64,000 nt of DNA from a virus. How positions within the stretch are numbered: position 1 is the first letter of the stretch; each line of letters opens with the position of its first letter. Shown here piece after piece: positions 10,057-21,137 of the stretch. The stretch is from the IMG/VR virus record IMGVR_UViG_3300015263_000627. One strand, given 5' to 3'. The position numbers and the translations under genes were made by a program. A model generated the notes under the pieces. The model was not told the origin of the DNA. It did not search any database and worked only from the letters and a program-made list of their open reading frames with translations.

Positions 10057-11088
10057 TATTACCAATTGGGCTGATACCGTTCATATAATGAAATATCCGG
10101 GAAGAAATGCATTTACCGGAGAGGAAGAATATCTCATTGAACGTATCATGGTTCCCCTTGATCATTATCAGATGGGTAATTTGATTGATGCTATTGGACA
10201 GGTTCAAGATACCGGTGATTGGTGGCATGAAATTTGCCATATTGTTGCCCGGGCTATGCAAGTAGCTCGTTTGGATAAATTACATAGTAATAGAGGAAAT
10301 ACCTTTACCTTGCAAGACGTAATCGATGGAAACATCCGGAGAGAAAATGGACCTTGAAAAAATGGCATTTGATTATTTTATGAAAAAAGTGGTGCCGGAA
10401 GCTGATCTTGTTACAGCCAATTCCGAGGAAGCATATGTAACCCCGGATGGTTCTGATAAATTTGAAATAACAAAAACTACAGCGTCTTATGATTTTCAAA
10501 AGTGGCTCAATCCAAGGATGATATAAATGATCGATATTGGCAGCTTGGTGGTTTGTATTACTGATTGGGAACATCTAAAACAAACTATGCCTTATTGGTA
10601 TTACAATGTTCCAAATAAACCCGTAAAAGGTTTGATTTATACAATAAGAGGATTTTCGAAACCTGTTTATTGTGAAGAATATAAAGAAACAATTCAAGGT
10701 ATCTTTCTTGAAGAAATTTATAATCCGGCTGTTAATTGGGAATGGGGTTTGAATACTAAAGATGAAAATAAACTGGAAGGTAATTTTGATATAAAAGGTT
10801 TTGTCCCTGTTCAAAAACCAAGTATCGAAAATATCCGTGAATTATTGACCAAACCTCCCTCTCCTGAATTATTGGAAGAATATGAAAAAGCCTAAAATAC
10901 CTTCAAACCTGAAAGATGCTCATGATATTCTAATCATGAAATGTGCAGCTACTTTAGCTGATGGTCGAATTGGGTGGATTAAAAATGTAAGACGACTTAT
11001 TCATTTGCTTGAAGTTTATAATCCGGCTCTTTCATATCAATATGAAGATGTAAAAAAATTGTATGAACCAAAAAATCGTTCAAGATGA
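10049..11088 (+). CDS. Run of four small hypothetical ORFs (10049-10357, 10326-10526, 10527-10895, 10882-11088)
   Basis: Tightly abutting + strand ORFs. Confidence 0.5.
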
Positions 11089-11698
11089 AGCAAACGTAAG
11101 ACGATTGATTGAAGCCCTCCCGGACGATGCCCCGGGGGTAGCTTTTGATATTGGAGCTAACTTTGGTATATACACGAAAATTCTAGCAACTAAATTTCAG
11201 GATGTATATGCTTTTGAACCTGATCCAAGCAATATGTTTGTTTTACAGGAAAATATAAAAGAACCCAATGTTCATTTTGTGCGAGCCGCATTGGGAAGAA
11301 ATCCAGCCGGAATGGTAAATCTTTATCGTTGTTGGAATCCCGGAGGAAGCACAATCAATGAAGAATGTCCAAGATTTGCAGGATGGGGTCATACATGGGA
11401 TAATTTCATATCGGTGCCGGAAACTACCTTGGACACGTTTACTAAATCCTATATTCCGTGGAACAATCTCAAATTCATCAAGTGTGATGTTGAAGGGGCT
11501 GAAACTTTCCTGTTCGAACATGGAAAGGATACCTTACTAAATAATCGATTGACTATGGTTTTGGAAGTGCATCAAACAGTCAATTTTGCTCGCCTTTACC
11601 AATTATTCAAGGAAGTGGGATATCAAGTATATGATATATTTCATCAACCCGTTTCCGAATTAACCTATGATGCATATTATATAGTGACCAATGAGTGA
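11063..11698 (+). CDS. FkbM-family SAM methyltransferase
   Basis: FDIGANFG, AFEPDP, IKCDVEGAE motifs. Confidence 0.88.
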   Translation: MNQKIVQDEANVRRLIEALPDDAPGVAFDIGANFGIYTKILATKFQDVYAFEPDPSNMFVLQENIKEPNVHFVRAALGRNPAGMVNLYRCWNPGGSTINEECPRFAGWGHTWDNFISVPETTLDTFTKSYIPWNNLKFIKCDVEGAETFLFEHGKDTLLNNRLTMVLEVHQTVNFARLYQLFKEVGYQVYDIFHQPVSELTYDAYYIVTNE

Positions 11699-12299
11699 AG
11701 AAAACGTAAAAAATTATATAGAAGATTTACCTGATAACCAACCCGGGGCAGCGTTGGATATTGGAGCCTGTATTGGACAATATACCGGCTTGTTGGCAAA
11801 AAAATTTGAAATGGTGTATGCGGTTGAAGCTGACCTTTTGAATGTCAGTCGTTTGACCGAGAATATACGAAACATCGAAAATGTTACAATCATTCCCAAA
11901 GCTATGGCGGCTAATGATGGTCATGTGAAATTATTTACAGCCCATCATCCCGGGTGTCATACTATTGTGGAAAAGGAAGAACATTTAAAAAAATGGGGAT
12001 TTTCTCTCGAAAGACATAGGGTGGTTCCAGCAACTACTTTGAATACCATTTATAAAAGATACAAGAATATAAAATTCATCAAATGTGACATAGAAGGCGG
12101 GGAAGATTACATTTTTTACGAGGCTAAAGAATTGTTGACTTCAACCAAGCTAACTGTTATACTTGAAACACATGTAAGTATCGATCATAAGAAATTATAT
12201 ACCTTTTATAAAGATATGGGATATTCCATTTACAGCCTAGACAAAATGGAACCAGTAGATAATTTTCTCCATGAACAACATTATTTATTGAGGAATTAA
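11691..12299 (+). CDS. FkbM-family SAM methyltransferase (paralogue)
   Basis: LDIGACIG, AVEAD, IKCDIEGGE motifs. Confidence 0.88.
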   Translation: MSEENVKNYIEDLPDNQPGAALDIGACIGQYTGLLAKKFEMVYAVEADLLNVSRLTENIRNIENVTIIPKAMAANDGHVKLFTAHHPGCHTIVEKEEHLKKWGFSLERHRVVPATTLNTIYKRYKNIKFIKCDIEGGEDYIFYEAKELLTSTKLTVILETHVSIDHKKLYTFYKDMGYSIYSLDKMEPVDNFLHEQHYLLRN

Positions 12300-12529
12300 T
12301 GGCAGACGTTTTCAAAGAGGGAATTGAAACATCACGTTTTTATTCAGATAGCGGCGATAAGGAAGCCGTGGTAAAAAGAGATGCTTATGGAATGTATTTT
12401 ATCGAGTTCTATAATCAGGGAAATATGATAGATATGACGGAATATCCGAAACTAACCTTCAATACAGTCGAGGATATTGCCGAGGATTATGTAAGTAATG
12501 GAAAAGCGCGTCATGAATCTGTTGAGTAA
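12299..12529 (+). CDS. Hypothetical protein
   Basis: 76-aa coupled ORF. Confidence 0.5.
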   Translation: MADVFKEGIETSRFYSDSGDKEAVVKRDAYGMYFIEFYNQGNMIDMTEYPKLTFNTVEDIAEDYVSNGKARHESVE

Positions 12530-12989
12530 ATTTTTTTTAGTATTAATCCTGATTATCTTTGGATTGTTTGTTTTTAGTGTCTTTTTTGAATTTCGAAAAG
12601 CATATGCGGCTGATTACCGGGAGCCTGATGTAATAAATTATTATGATACTCTTAAACAACCTGATGATGATACAACAGGATGTTGTGGTCCCGGAGATGT
12701 TTATCAAGCAGATAAAACAGATAATTGTAATCCAAGTATAAGAAATGAAAGAATTGATTGCGCTCTTGTTGCGATCATTACCGATACAAGACCGGATGAG
12801 GTTCATTTGCAAAATGGGAGAATTATTAGGAGAGCGCATATTCCGGTAGGAACTAGAATACCGATTCCCCACAAAAAGATAAGGAAACACCCTATTCCTA
12901 ATCCAACCGAACATAATATAATTTTTGTGAAGTTTTATGAAGATGGGGGTTCTATTGTTTATTGTTGGGAGCCAGCAGTAGGTATATGA
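12498..12989 (+). CDS. Secreted/membrane Cys-containing protein
   Basis: N-terminal hydrophobic helix, GCCGPGD and VYCWEP motifs. Confidence 0.55.
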   Translation: MEKRVMNLLSKFFLVLILIIFGLFVFSVFFEFRKAYAADYREPDVINYYDTLKQPDDDTTGCCGPGDVYQADKTDNCNPSIRNERIDCALVAIITDTRPDEVHLQNGRIIRRAHIPVGTRIPIPHKKIRKHPIPNPTEHNIIFVKFYEDGGSIVYCWEPAVGI

Positions 12990-13390
12990 TCAATCCATTA
13001 TTACAAACACTTCCGAAACGTCCTTATTCCAATTATATGGAATTTGTTCAGATTCGAAGGGAAAAACATGGAAAACATTTTGGAGTTGTTCTAAAATATC
13101 CATGTTTGTATTGTGATGGATATTATCGAATTGTAGCTCCATGGGAACGTCCCGACCCCGTTGAAGGATATAAGATGGCTGATCGAATTGATTGTCCTCA
13201 TTGTGCCAAAGGGGAATCCAATGAAGCAGTTTATAAAAAACATTATAAAAAGATCATTGCCGAATGGAAAGACAAATATCAAAAAGCCAAGGCGGCAAGA
13301 AAAATTCAAAAAAGCGCCTTTGTTAAGATCAAGAAATATCTATCGAAGGAAGAATTGAAGGCAGTTGGATTTGGTGTGTTATGGAAATGA
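12962..13390 (+). CDS. Zn-finger-like hypothetical protein
   Basis: CLYCDG...CPHCAKG. Confidence 0.5.
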   Translation: MLGASSRYMINPLLQTLPKRPYSNYMEFVQIRREKHGKHFGVVLKYPCLYCDGYYRIVAPWERPDPVEGYKMADRIDCPHCAKGESNEAVYKKHYKKIIAEWKDKYQKAKAARKIQKSAFVKIKKYLSKEELKAVGFGVLWK

Positions 13391-13806
13391 AAGTAGAAGC
13401 ATTCCGGGGAAAATATAGATTCCTATCGAATTTCTATCCGGCTATTGTAAGTTATGGGGAAATTGATTTTCCAACCGTCGAACATGCTTATCAAGCTGCA
13501 AAGTTTGATACAGATGAAGAACGGAAACATATCGCTAATTTAGCGACCCCGGTTGAAGCTAAAAGAGCAGGAAAACGTGGTCATAAGGTAACCGATGAAA
13601 TAAAACTAGGAACTATGAAGCTTTTGGTGTTTCGTAAATTCTTTGCTCATGAAAATTTGAGACAAAGATTATTGGAAACAGGAGAAGCTGAATTGATTGA
13701 AGGAAATTATTGGCATGACACCTTTTGGGGTCAATGTCCAATTGGAACCGGAGAAAACCATCTTGGTCGTATTTTGATGAAAGTAAGAGAGGCTTTTAGG
13801 AATTGA
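13381..13806 (+). CDS. NADAR (YbiA-like) ADP-ribosyl hydrolase
   Basis: FLSNFY, FPTVEHAYQAAKF, KF..H..L...LL.TG...LIEGN.WHDTFWG, G.NHLGRILM.VR. Confidence 0.9.
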   Translation: MEMKVEAFRGKYRFLSNFYPAIVSYGEIDFPTVEHAYQAAKFDTDEERKHIANLATPVEAKRAGKRGHKVTDEIKLGTMKLLVFRKFFAHENLRQRLLETGEAELIEGNYWHDTFWGQCPIGTGENHLGRILMKVREAFRN

Positions 13807-13807
13807 A

Positions 13808-14287
13808 ATGAATCCAATACTATATCTACTAATGCGTAATGATATTCCGAGCATGAACCCGGGTAAGCTTGCGGCTCAAGCTGCACATGTTGCCAATGCT
13901 TTCGAATATGAGTTCAATAAGAGTGGTTCAGCCAAGAAAAATCTTGGTAAGCTGTATAAGGCATGGAAGAACCAAACCAAGCAAGGATTTGGAACAACCA
14001 TTTGTCTTGGAGCTAATGAAGATCAGTTTTTGTTTCAAGGAAGAAATCTTGGCAATGGTTATTTGAATGGATGTTTTTCGGGAGAGGTTTATGATCCGAC
14101 CTATCCTTGTTCTATTCCTATTGAAGTTGCGGATTATTTGAATCAATCTAATTTGTCTCAACAAATCATTTTTAAGGAAGATTCAGCTATTTTTCTTCGA
14201 AATGAATTGGTTGGAATGTATGTCTTTGGAGACAAGGAAAATGAGGAAGTTCAATTTCTTGTTGGTGGTTTGGAGTTATATCCATGA
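13808..14287 (+). CDS. PTH2-like peptidyl-tRNA hydrolase
   Basis: LMRNDI.SMNPGKLAAQAAHVAN; W...G..TICL; ends in LELY. Confidence 0.65.
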   Translation: MNPILYLLMRNDIPSMNPGKLAAQAAHVANAFEYEFNKSGSAKKNLGKLYKAWKNQTKQGFGTTICLGANEDQFLFQGRNLGNGYLNGCFSGEVYDPTYPCSIPIEVADYLNQSNLSQQIIFKEDSAIFLRNELVGMYVFGDKENEEVQFLVGGLELYP

Positions 14288-14796
14288 AGAAATTTTCTAT
14301 CATAAAAGATGGAAAAAAATTATGTATGCATTGTAAAGAAATGAAATCTCTTGAGCAATTTAGTGTTGCAAAACGAGGATTGGGTGGTGTAGCCGCATAT
14401 TGCAAACCTTGTTTCGTTATTAGGTATAAATCCTCTCCGGAATTATCACGAAAACGGACATATGCTTATCGTAAAAGAAATAGAGAAAAATGGTTATCAA
14501 TGCATCGCATTCACCAATTTCGTCGTAGAACACAACAAAAATTTTTAGATGATGGAACCGTAACTGAAAATTTTTTGATTGGATTATATAAAACAGAAAA
14601 TTGTTTTTATTGTGAAAAATATATACAACCTGAAAAACGAACGGCTGATCATAAAATACCTCTTGCAAGAAACGGTTGGCATTCAGCATCTAATATAGTT
14701 ATGGCTTGTTTTTCTTGTAATTCATCAAAAAGCGCCCTAACTTCTGAAGAATATATGGAGAAAATAAATGACCATAACTGCCAAAATAATTTGTGA
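14284..14796 (+). CDS. HNH endonuclease
   Basis: CFYC...TADHKIPLARNGWH...NIVMACFSCNSSK; N-terminal Zn finger. Confidence 0.85.
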   Translation: MKKFSIIKDGKKLCMHCKEMKSLEQFSVAKRGLGGVAAYCKPCFVIRYKSSPELSRKRTYAYRKRNREKWLSMHRIHQFRRRTQQKFLDDGTVTENFLIGLYKTENCFYCEKYIQPEKRTADHKIPLARNGWHSASNIVMACFSCNSSKSALTSEEYMEKINDHNCQNNL

Positions 14797-15682
14797 TAGT
14801 ATTAGTCCCGAAGGTATCCGACTTACAACTATGCAACTTAGATACCCGAGATTCATACATGCAGAGGTAATGACCCATCGCCAATTTTCACGTAATGCTT
14901 CATCATCCCGGGCAGTTCCGGTTGAAAAACTGATTGAGGATATCAAGAACGATACAGCCGGTCCAATTTTTTGGGGAAAAAACCAACCGGGAATGCAAGC
15001 ATTCGAAGAATGTACTAATTTAGTATATGGAACATATTCAAATGAACAAGCATGGTTGGTAGCTAGGGATCGTGCTATTGATATGGCTCAAGAATTTCAC
15101 AAAGCTGGTTATCACAAGCAAATAGTGAACCGTTTGCTTGAACCATTTTCCCATATCAATGTTGTTGTTACATCAACCGAATGGTCGAATTTCTTTGCCC
15201 TTCGTATTCATCCAAGTGCCCAACCTGAAATCCAGCAATTGGCTCGCAGTATGAAACTAGCAATGGATATCAGTACACCTAAAAAACTTGATTATGGACA
15301 TTGGCACCTTCCTTATATTACTGAGGAAGATAAAACACAACTGGAAGGTGATTTGAAAGCCTTGAAATATGCGGGTGGTGATCAAGGTGTACCAAAACTA
15401 AATGTTGAAAAAGAATTTATTGATACTTTGATAAAATGTTCTGTTGCCCGTTGTGCCCGAGTTTCCTATATGACTTATGAAATGAAGAAACCAACCGTTG
15501 CCGAAGATTTGAAATTGTATGAACGTCTTTTAGGAGCGCAACCAATCCACGCTAGTCCTGCGGAGCATATGGCTTATCCTGACATGAAAGATTCCCTAAA
15601 TAATTGGCACCATCCGGAATTACATGGTAATTTCAGAGGATGGATTCAATATCGAAAAACTTTAGAAGGGGAATGTCAATGA
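14768..15682 (+). CDS. thyX: FAD-dependent thymidylate synthase ThyX
   Basis: HAEVMTHRQFSRNASSSRAVP, HKQIVNRLLEPF, HASPAEH. Confidence 0.9.
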   Translation: MTITAKIICDSISPEGIRLTTMQLRYPRFIHAEVMTHRQFSRNASSSRAVPVEKLIEDIKNDTAGPIFWGKNQPGMQAFEECTNLVYGTYSNEQAWLVARDRAIDMAQEFHKAGYHKQIVNRLLEPFSHINVVVTSTEWSNFFALRIHPSAQPEIQQLARSMKLAMDISTPKKLDYGHWHLPYITEEDKTQLEGDLKALKYAGGDQGVPKLNVEKEFIDTLIKCSVARCARVSYMTYEMKKPTVAEDLKLYERLLGAQPIHASPAEHMAYPDMKDSLNNWHHPELHGNFRGWIQYRKTLEGECQ

Positions 15683-16212
15683 ATTTATCAAAAAAGGAAA
15701 AAAATGCATGGGTTGCTGGACTATTAGAAGGCGAAGGATGTTTTCGAATAAATGAAAATTATCCAAGAATTACATGTGAAATGACTGATGAAGATACAAT
15801 TAGGCGTTTACATAAAATTATAGGAAAAGGATCGATTTTATATAATAAGCCTCGAATAATACAATCTTATCAAAATATAAAAAAACGAAAACCAACTTGG
15901 TGTTGGGGTGTTTCATCAGCTAATGATGTTTTAGATATTTCAAATAAAATTATTCCATATATGAGTGATCGTCGTCAACAAAAAATACAAGAAATTAGGG
16001 AACTTGCTTCACAAATACTTGAAAGACGAAAAGAACGGAAAAATAATGTAATATGTAGAAAATGTGGAATAAAACTTCACAAAAAAAATCAACATCCTTC
16101 TCGAATAAAACGCGGAGAACGTATTTGTTTGAAATGTTTATATACATATGAACATCATTATCATGAAACTGTTAGAAAACCAAAAAAGAGGGTGAATGCC
16201 AATGAATCCTGA
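15679..16212 (+). mobile_element. LAGLIDADG homing endonuclease
   Basis: AWVAGLLEGEGCF motif; coupled to thyX stop. Confidence 0.8.
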
Positions 16213-16361
16213 TATCAAAATGATTCAAGATGCTCTTATGCGTGAGGGCATATTGAGGGAGATTATGTAATTGTTCCGGAGGATTTTTTCTTTCGTCTAA
16301 ATAGAGCATTGAATCCTCCCCGGGAAAGTATTTTAGACCAACTTATAGAAAAGGAAACACA

Positions 16362-16556
16362 ATGACTAAATGGGAATATACATCAATACCAATTGCAAAA
16401 ATGCAAGTGCAACAATTGAATGAAATGGGACAATTGGGATGGGAGCTAGTGACTGTTGTTTCAGTTCCGACTCGTAATGATTTGGATTTTGTTTTCAAAC
16501 GACCTATTGAAATTTTTGAAGCAGGACCGGAAATTGGGAAATCTCTAACTGGATAA
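16362..16556 (+). CDS. Small protein (DUF4177-like)
   Basis: KWEY...LNEMGQLGWELVTV...FVFKRP. Confidence 0.6.
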   Translation: MTKWEYTSIPIAKMQVQQLNEMGQLGWELVTVVSVPTRNDLDFVFKRPIEIFEAGPEIGKSLTG

Positions 16557-16644
16557 ATAGAGGCAACGTATCTTCCTTAACGATGCCCATCCCGATCATA
16601 ATTTCTATTATGATTGCAAAAAATTTTATAAAAAGGAGTCCTCA

Positions 16645-18723
16645 ATGTCGGCTGTTGCTTCCCCTCAAATTGTTGAAACCCCAAAAAATATTGCGCCAAT
16701 CATGCCCCAAACGAAAGAAATAGAAACAATAGAAAAAGAAGCACAACCGGAAATAACCAATTCAACATTTTTCCCTTCTTTGTTTCAAGAATATGTCTAT
16801 ATCAGTCGATATGCTCGTTATTCCTATGAAAATGGAAGACGAGAAAAATGGGATGAAACAGTAGCTCGCTATTTCAATTTTTACAAGAACCATTTGAAAG
16901 AACGTTGTGGTTATAATCTAACCGACAAGATAAGAAAAGAACTGGAAACATCTATTTTGAATCTTGAAGTTATGCCAAGTATGCGTTGCCTAATGACCGC
17001 AGGACCGGCTCTGGAACGTGATGAAATGGCAGGCTTCAATTGTTCTTACCTAGTCATTGATAATCCCAAAGCTTTTTCCGAAGCATTATATATTTTGATG
17101 GTGGGAACCGGCGTCGGTTTTTCAGTTGAACGTCAATATGTGCAAAAGCTTCCGGAAGTTCCCGAAGAATTACATCCATCTGATACAACCATTATTGTTG
17201 CGGATTCCAAAATTGGTTGGGCAAAGGGTTTGAATGAATTGATTTCTATGTTGTATATGGGTTCAATTCCCAAGTATGATTTGAGTAAGCTAAGACCAGC
17301 GGGTGCGCCGCTAAAGACCTTCGGAGGGCGATCATCTGGACCTGAACCCTTAGATCGATTGTATAAATTCGTTATTGAAATTTTCAAGGAAGCCAAGGGC
17401 AATAAACTAACATCTTTACAATGCTATGATATTGTTTGCATGGTTGGAGAATGTGTGGTTTCAGGAGGGGTTCGACGTTCCGCTACTATTTCCTTGTCTA
17501 ATTTGTCCGATGATCGAATGAGAACAGCAAAATCCGGACAATGGTGGACCTTGACCCCATGGCGATCTATTGCCAATAATAGTGCAGTTTATAATGACCG
17601 CCGCCCAACTATGGATACATTCATGGCGGAATGGAAATCTCTTTATGATTCCAAATCAGGCGAACGGGGTATATTTTCGCGTTATGCAGCCCGAAATGTT
17701 ATTGAAAGAGGAAATGCATTTAGAAAGCAACATTTCGAAAAAGTCAAAGGTGTCCGTTATCGTGATACCGAGCATGAATGGGGATGCAACCCATGTTCTG
17801 AAATCCTTTTGCGACCAAATGAAGTCTGCAATTTGACCGAAGTGATTGTTCGTCCAAGTGATGATTTGGAAGAATTGAAATATAAAGTCCGGATGGCAGC
17901 TACCCTTGGAACATATCAGTCAACATTGACTAACTATCGTTTCCTTTCCAAGAAATGGAGTCAGAATGCCAATGATGAACGATTGTTGGGTGTTTCCTTG
18001 ACCGGTATCATGGATCATAAGGTCCTGTCCGGACAAGCTGGCAAAGAAAAACTAAAAGATATGCTGACTGAACTGCGAAAGGAAGCTATCAAGACTAACA
18101 TTGCAGTTGCCAATGAATTAGGTATTGAAGCGGCGACGGCAGTAACTTGTGTGAAACCATCCGGAACCGTATCATCATTGGTTGATTCAGCGGCAGGCAT
18201 TCATGGTCGCCATTCGCCTTATTACATTCGCACTGTTCGTTCCGATAAGAAAGACCCTGTAGCTCAATTGCTTATTGAGGCAGGTGTTCCTTATGAGGAA
18301 GATCAAATGCGCCCGACACACAATTGGGTATTCTCGTTTCCGCAGAAATCTCCCAAGTCGGCTGTATTGCGTGATAATTTGACGGCTCTTGATCAATTGG
18401 ATGTTTGGTTAGTCTATCAGATGTATTGGGCGGATCATAAACCATCGATCACAGTGTCGGTAAAAGAGGAAGAATGGCTTGATGTAGGAGCATGGGTTTA
18501 TCGTCATTTCGAATATATGTCGGGAGTATCGTTCCTGCCATATTCCGATCATTCCTACGCTCAAGCGCCATATCAGGAAATTACCGAAGAACAATATCAT
18601 GAATGGGTGAAGAAAATGCCCAAGGCTATCAATTGGGCGCACCTTTCGAATTATGAAAAGAACGATACTACAACAGCAAGTCAGGAATTAGCTTGTAGTT
18701 CCGCCGAAGGATGTAATATATAA
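16645..18723 (+). CDS. nrdJ: Class II (B12-dependent) ribonucleotide reductase
   Basis: PSMRCL, FNCS, GCNPCSEI, TCVKPSGTVS, C-terminal CxxxxxC. Confidence 0.92.
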   Translation: MSAVASPQIVETPKNIAPIMPQTKEIETIEKEAQPEITNSTFFPSLFQEYVYISRYARYSYENGRREKWDETVARYFNFYKNHLKERCGYNLTDKIRKELETSILNLEVMPSMRCLMTAGPALERDEMAGFNCSYLVIDNPKAFSEALYILMVGTGVGFSVERQYVQKLPEVPEELHPSDTTIIVADSKIGWAKGLNELISMLYMGSIPKYDLSKLRPAGAPLKTFGGRSSGPEPLDRLYKFVIEIFKEAKGNKLTSLQCYDIVCMVGECVVSGGVRRSATISLSNLSDDRMRTAKSGQWWTLTPWRSIANNSAVYNDRRPTMDTFMAEWKSLYDSKSGERGIFSRYAARNVIERGNAFRKQHFEKVKGVRYRDTEHEWGCNPCSEILLRPNEVCNLTEVIVRPSDDLEELKYKVRMAATLGTYQSTLTNYRFLSKKWSQNANDERLLGVSLTGIMDHKVLSGQAGKEKLKDMLTELRKEAIKTNIAVANELGIEAATAVTCVKPSGTVSSLVDSAAGIHGRHSPYYIRTVRSDKKDPVAQLLIEAGVPYEEDQMRPTHNWVFSFPQKSPKSAVLRDNLTALDQLDVWLVYQMYWADHKPSITVSVKEEEWLDVGAWVYRHFEYMSGVSFLPYSDHSYAQAPYQEITEEQYHEWVKKMPKAINWAHLSNYEKNDTTTASQELACSSAEGCNI

Positions 18724-18852
18724 TGAAAAAGAAATCTATTCTGGATGATGAAGAATGGAATCGTCATTATTCCCCATCTTTGGTTCAAAGTATCCTTGAA
18801 ACGGAAAATGATCGTATTTTACAAGAGATATATAAGACGTATGAGGAAATGA

Positions 18853-21006
18853 ATGAAAAAATTCTGGAAATATATAAATCACAGTAATATAAAGCTGGCA
18901 ATTGACCTCAATCCCTTCGTTTGGTCATTCCGCTATATGCATCAGGGACCGACTGAAAGTGATCCAACTTTAAATATTTGGTATATTAGATTCCTTCCCC
19001 TAAGTATTATCTTGACTATTGATGATGGAACTGTTATACTAATAGATGATGCGGAAAATTATGAATTAGTGGATATTGTATCGGATTTATAAAATATGGC
19101 AATAGAATGGTATGAACATTTCAGTTATTTGCATTATACTGATAAAATTATTGAATATTTAGAGAAGAAAGAAAATGACTGATACAGACGTATTAGATGT
19201 TGATATTTCTGATGAAGAACTAGAAAGAATAGCATTAGGAACAAAAGAACGAAATGATACTGGTTGGATGACTACCTGTCCAGCAAATTGTTTGGTAATG
19301 CTTTGTATGGGGAATAAAAATGATACCCGGGGGTGAAATGAAATTGCCTAAAATGAACGGCAAGGAAATATCGCCCGGGATTTGGATAATAGGGGAACCG
19401 ACTCCCGTTATTGGAACCGATAAATTGCGATGTTTGGCTGATGTTTATGGAATGCTTGCTTTGGTTGAACTTAAAATTACATTTTCGGAAAATGGTATAT
19501 GTTTAGACCAAAATCCATAGAAGAAGCAATTGCGCGAATTATTTTTGAAAATATTCCCGATATAGATGGGGCTGCTGCTCATTGGCTATTTTATAAAGAG
19601 GATTTGATAATGGCGGCACAAGAAATTCTAAGACGATATCCATTGAAAATAGGAGATGAAAATGGCAAATAGTTATTATCCACCCGATCCATATAATGGT
19701 TGGAGAAATTTGGATTCATCAGGTAATTATCCAGCATCCCGAATTATGACCGACACATCCGGACAATGGCAATGTGTCTATTATTCCAGTTTCCTTCGGA
19801 TATATCAACAAAGATAATACCAATGGACCCAACATCTGCCGGGGATATGCGAGCCGATCTTATGCGTCGGTGGTATGAACGCAATCGTGAAGGTTGGTTT
19901 GACAGACATAGACCTAGTGCTGACCGCAAAGGTTATCATGCTGATGAATGGATGTTGGGATTGATGAATGAAGCCCGCCGTATAGATTCTCTTTCCGATA
20001 AAGAACTTATCAAAGAATGTAATGGAGACATAAAATGAACGAAAGCACCCTTTTGGTATTACTCGAAGATATGATCAATATCATCATGGAAAATGTTGAG
20101 GATGAACGTCAACGTGCCGAAATATACACCGAAATGTTACAATCCTTCGAGGCGGCTGGTCTGGAAGATTATGAAGCAACATTGGGTTTTGATCCGGTGT
20201 TTGATAATGTAATATCGGAGAATTATATTGCGTAACCGATGGTGTGAGCGAAAACCTGTGGAGCCTGAAATGATGGAATCTGAATGTAGTGAAGTTCCTG
20301 ATGCTATGACTAAAGATTTTTGGGAGAAAGCGAGATTAGTTATGCCGGATATTCCCAAGGAAGCTCTTGATGCGGCATTAGAAGCATTCAGTACGGCTAG
20401 TGGATATCCAATACCCGCCGCTGTCGCAACAGGATCACGTCTTGAAACTGGTATGGAAGCCGCCCTCAAAGCCGCCGCGCCGTACATAACACAAGGCTAT
20501 TATGAAGAATGCACTAAATTGCGTCCAGTAATTGAAACACTTAGTAAAGAAAATACTCGTTTGAAAACAATAATTGATCAACAACAACGTGACGCTAGAA
20601 CTGGAATTAGATCATGGTAGAAATTCCCAAGGAAGCAATTGCAATTGTAAAAGAAAAACTAAAACTAACTGATAGTTTAGTTGAATATGTTCTCGAAGCT
20701 GTGTATCCTATAATCTTTGAAAAAATTATAAATGATTCTAAAGTTTTACAGGAATCAGCATGGCAGCTTGGTTATAATAGTGGAAAAGCAATAACTGAAG
20801 ATGCTGAATTGCCAATTGAACCATGGGTTCATCCCGGAATGAGCGAATCCGAAGAAACGGAACATTATGTCGAAGTTTGTGTTTATAATGAAGGTGTGGA
20901 AGCAGCGGCGAAAGAAATAGAAAACAGTATTGGGCGGGGATTTCGATCATCATTGACGCTAAGTGAACTCGCCGCCGCTGTCCGCGATATCAAGAAAATC
21001 CCCTAA
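18853..21006 (+). CDS. Run of small hypothetical ORFs (18853-19092, 19320-19520, 19766-20038, 20035-20235, 20228-20620, 20614-21006 and shorter ones)
   Basis: Abutting + strand ORFs with RBSs; no recognisable family. Confidence 0.45.
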
Positions 21007-21053
21007 TTTTATAAAAAATCGTATATAATCACGAAAAAGTGATCAAAAAACCC

Positions 21054-21089
21054 TTGACTTTACCCCTAAGAAGGCTTATATTATAAATA
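21054..21089 (+). promoter_or_regulatory. Overlapping sigma70 promoter and TATAAATA late promoter
   Basis: TTGACT-17-TATATT immediately followed by TATAAATA (21082-21089). Confidence 0.65.
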
Positions 21090-21137
21090 ACATAGCGGTG
21101 GAGTATCGCTATCCTCAGACAGTAAGGGAGACTTACT

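Noticed and set aside
16202-16365. Programmed frameshift joining MNPDIKMIQDALMREG to an EGDYVIVPEDFF frame
   Set aside because: No slippery heptamer seen; could be decay or a sequencing error
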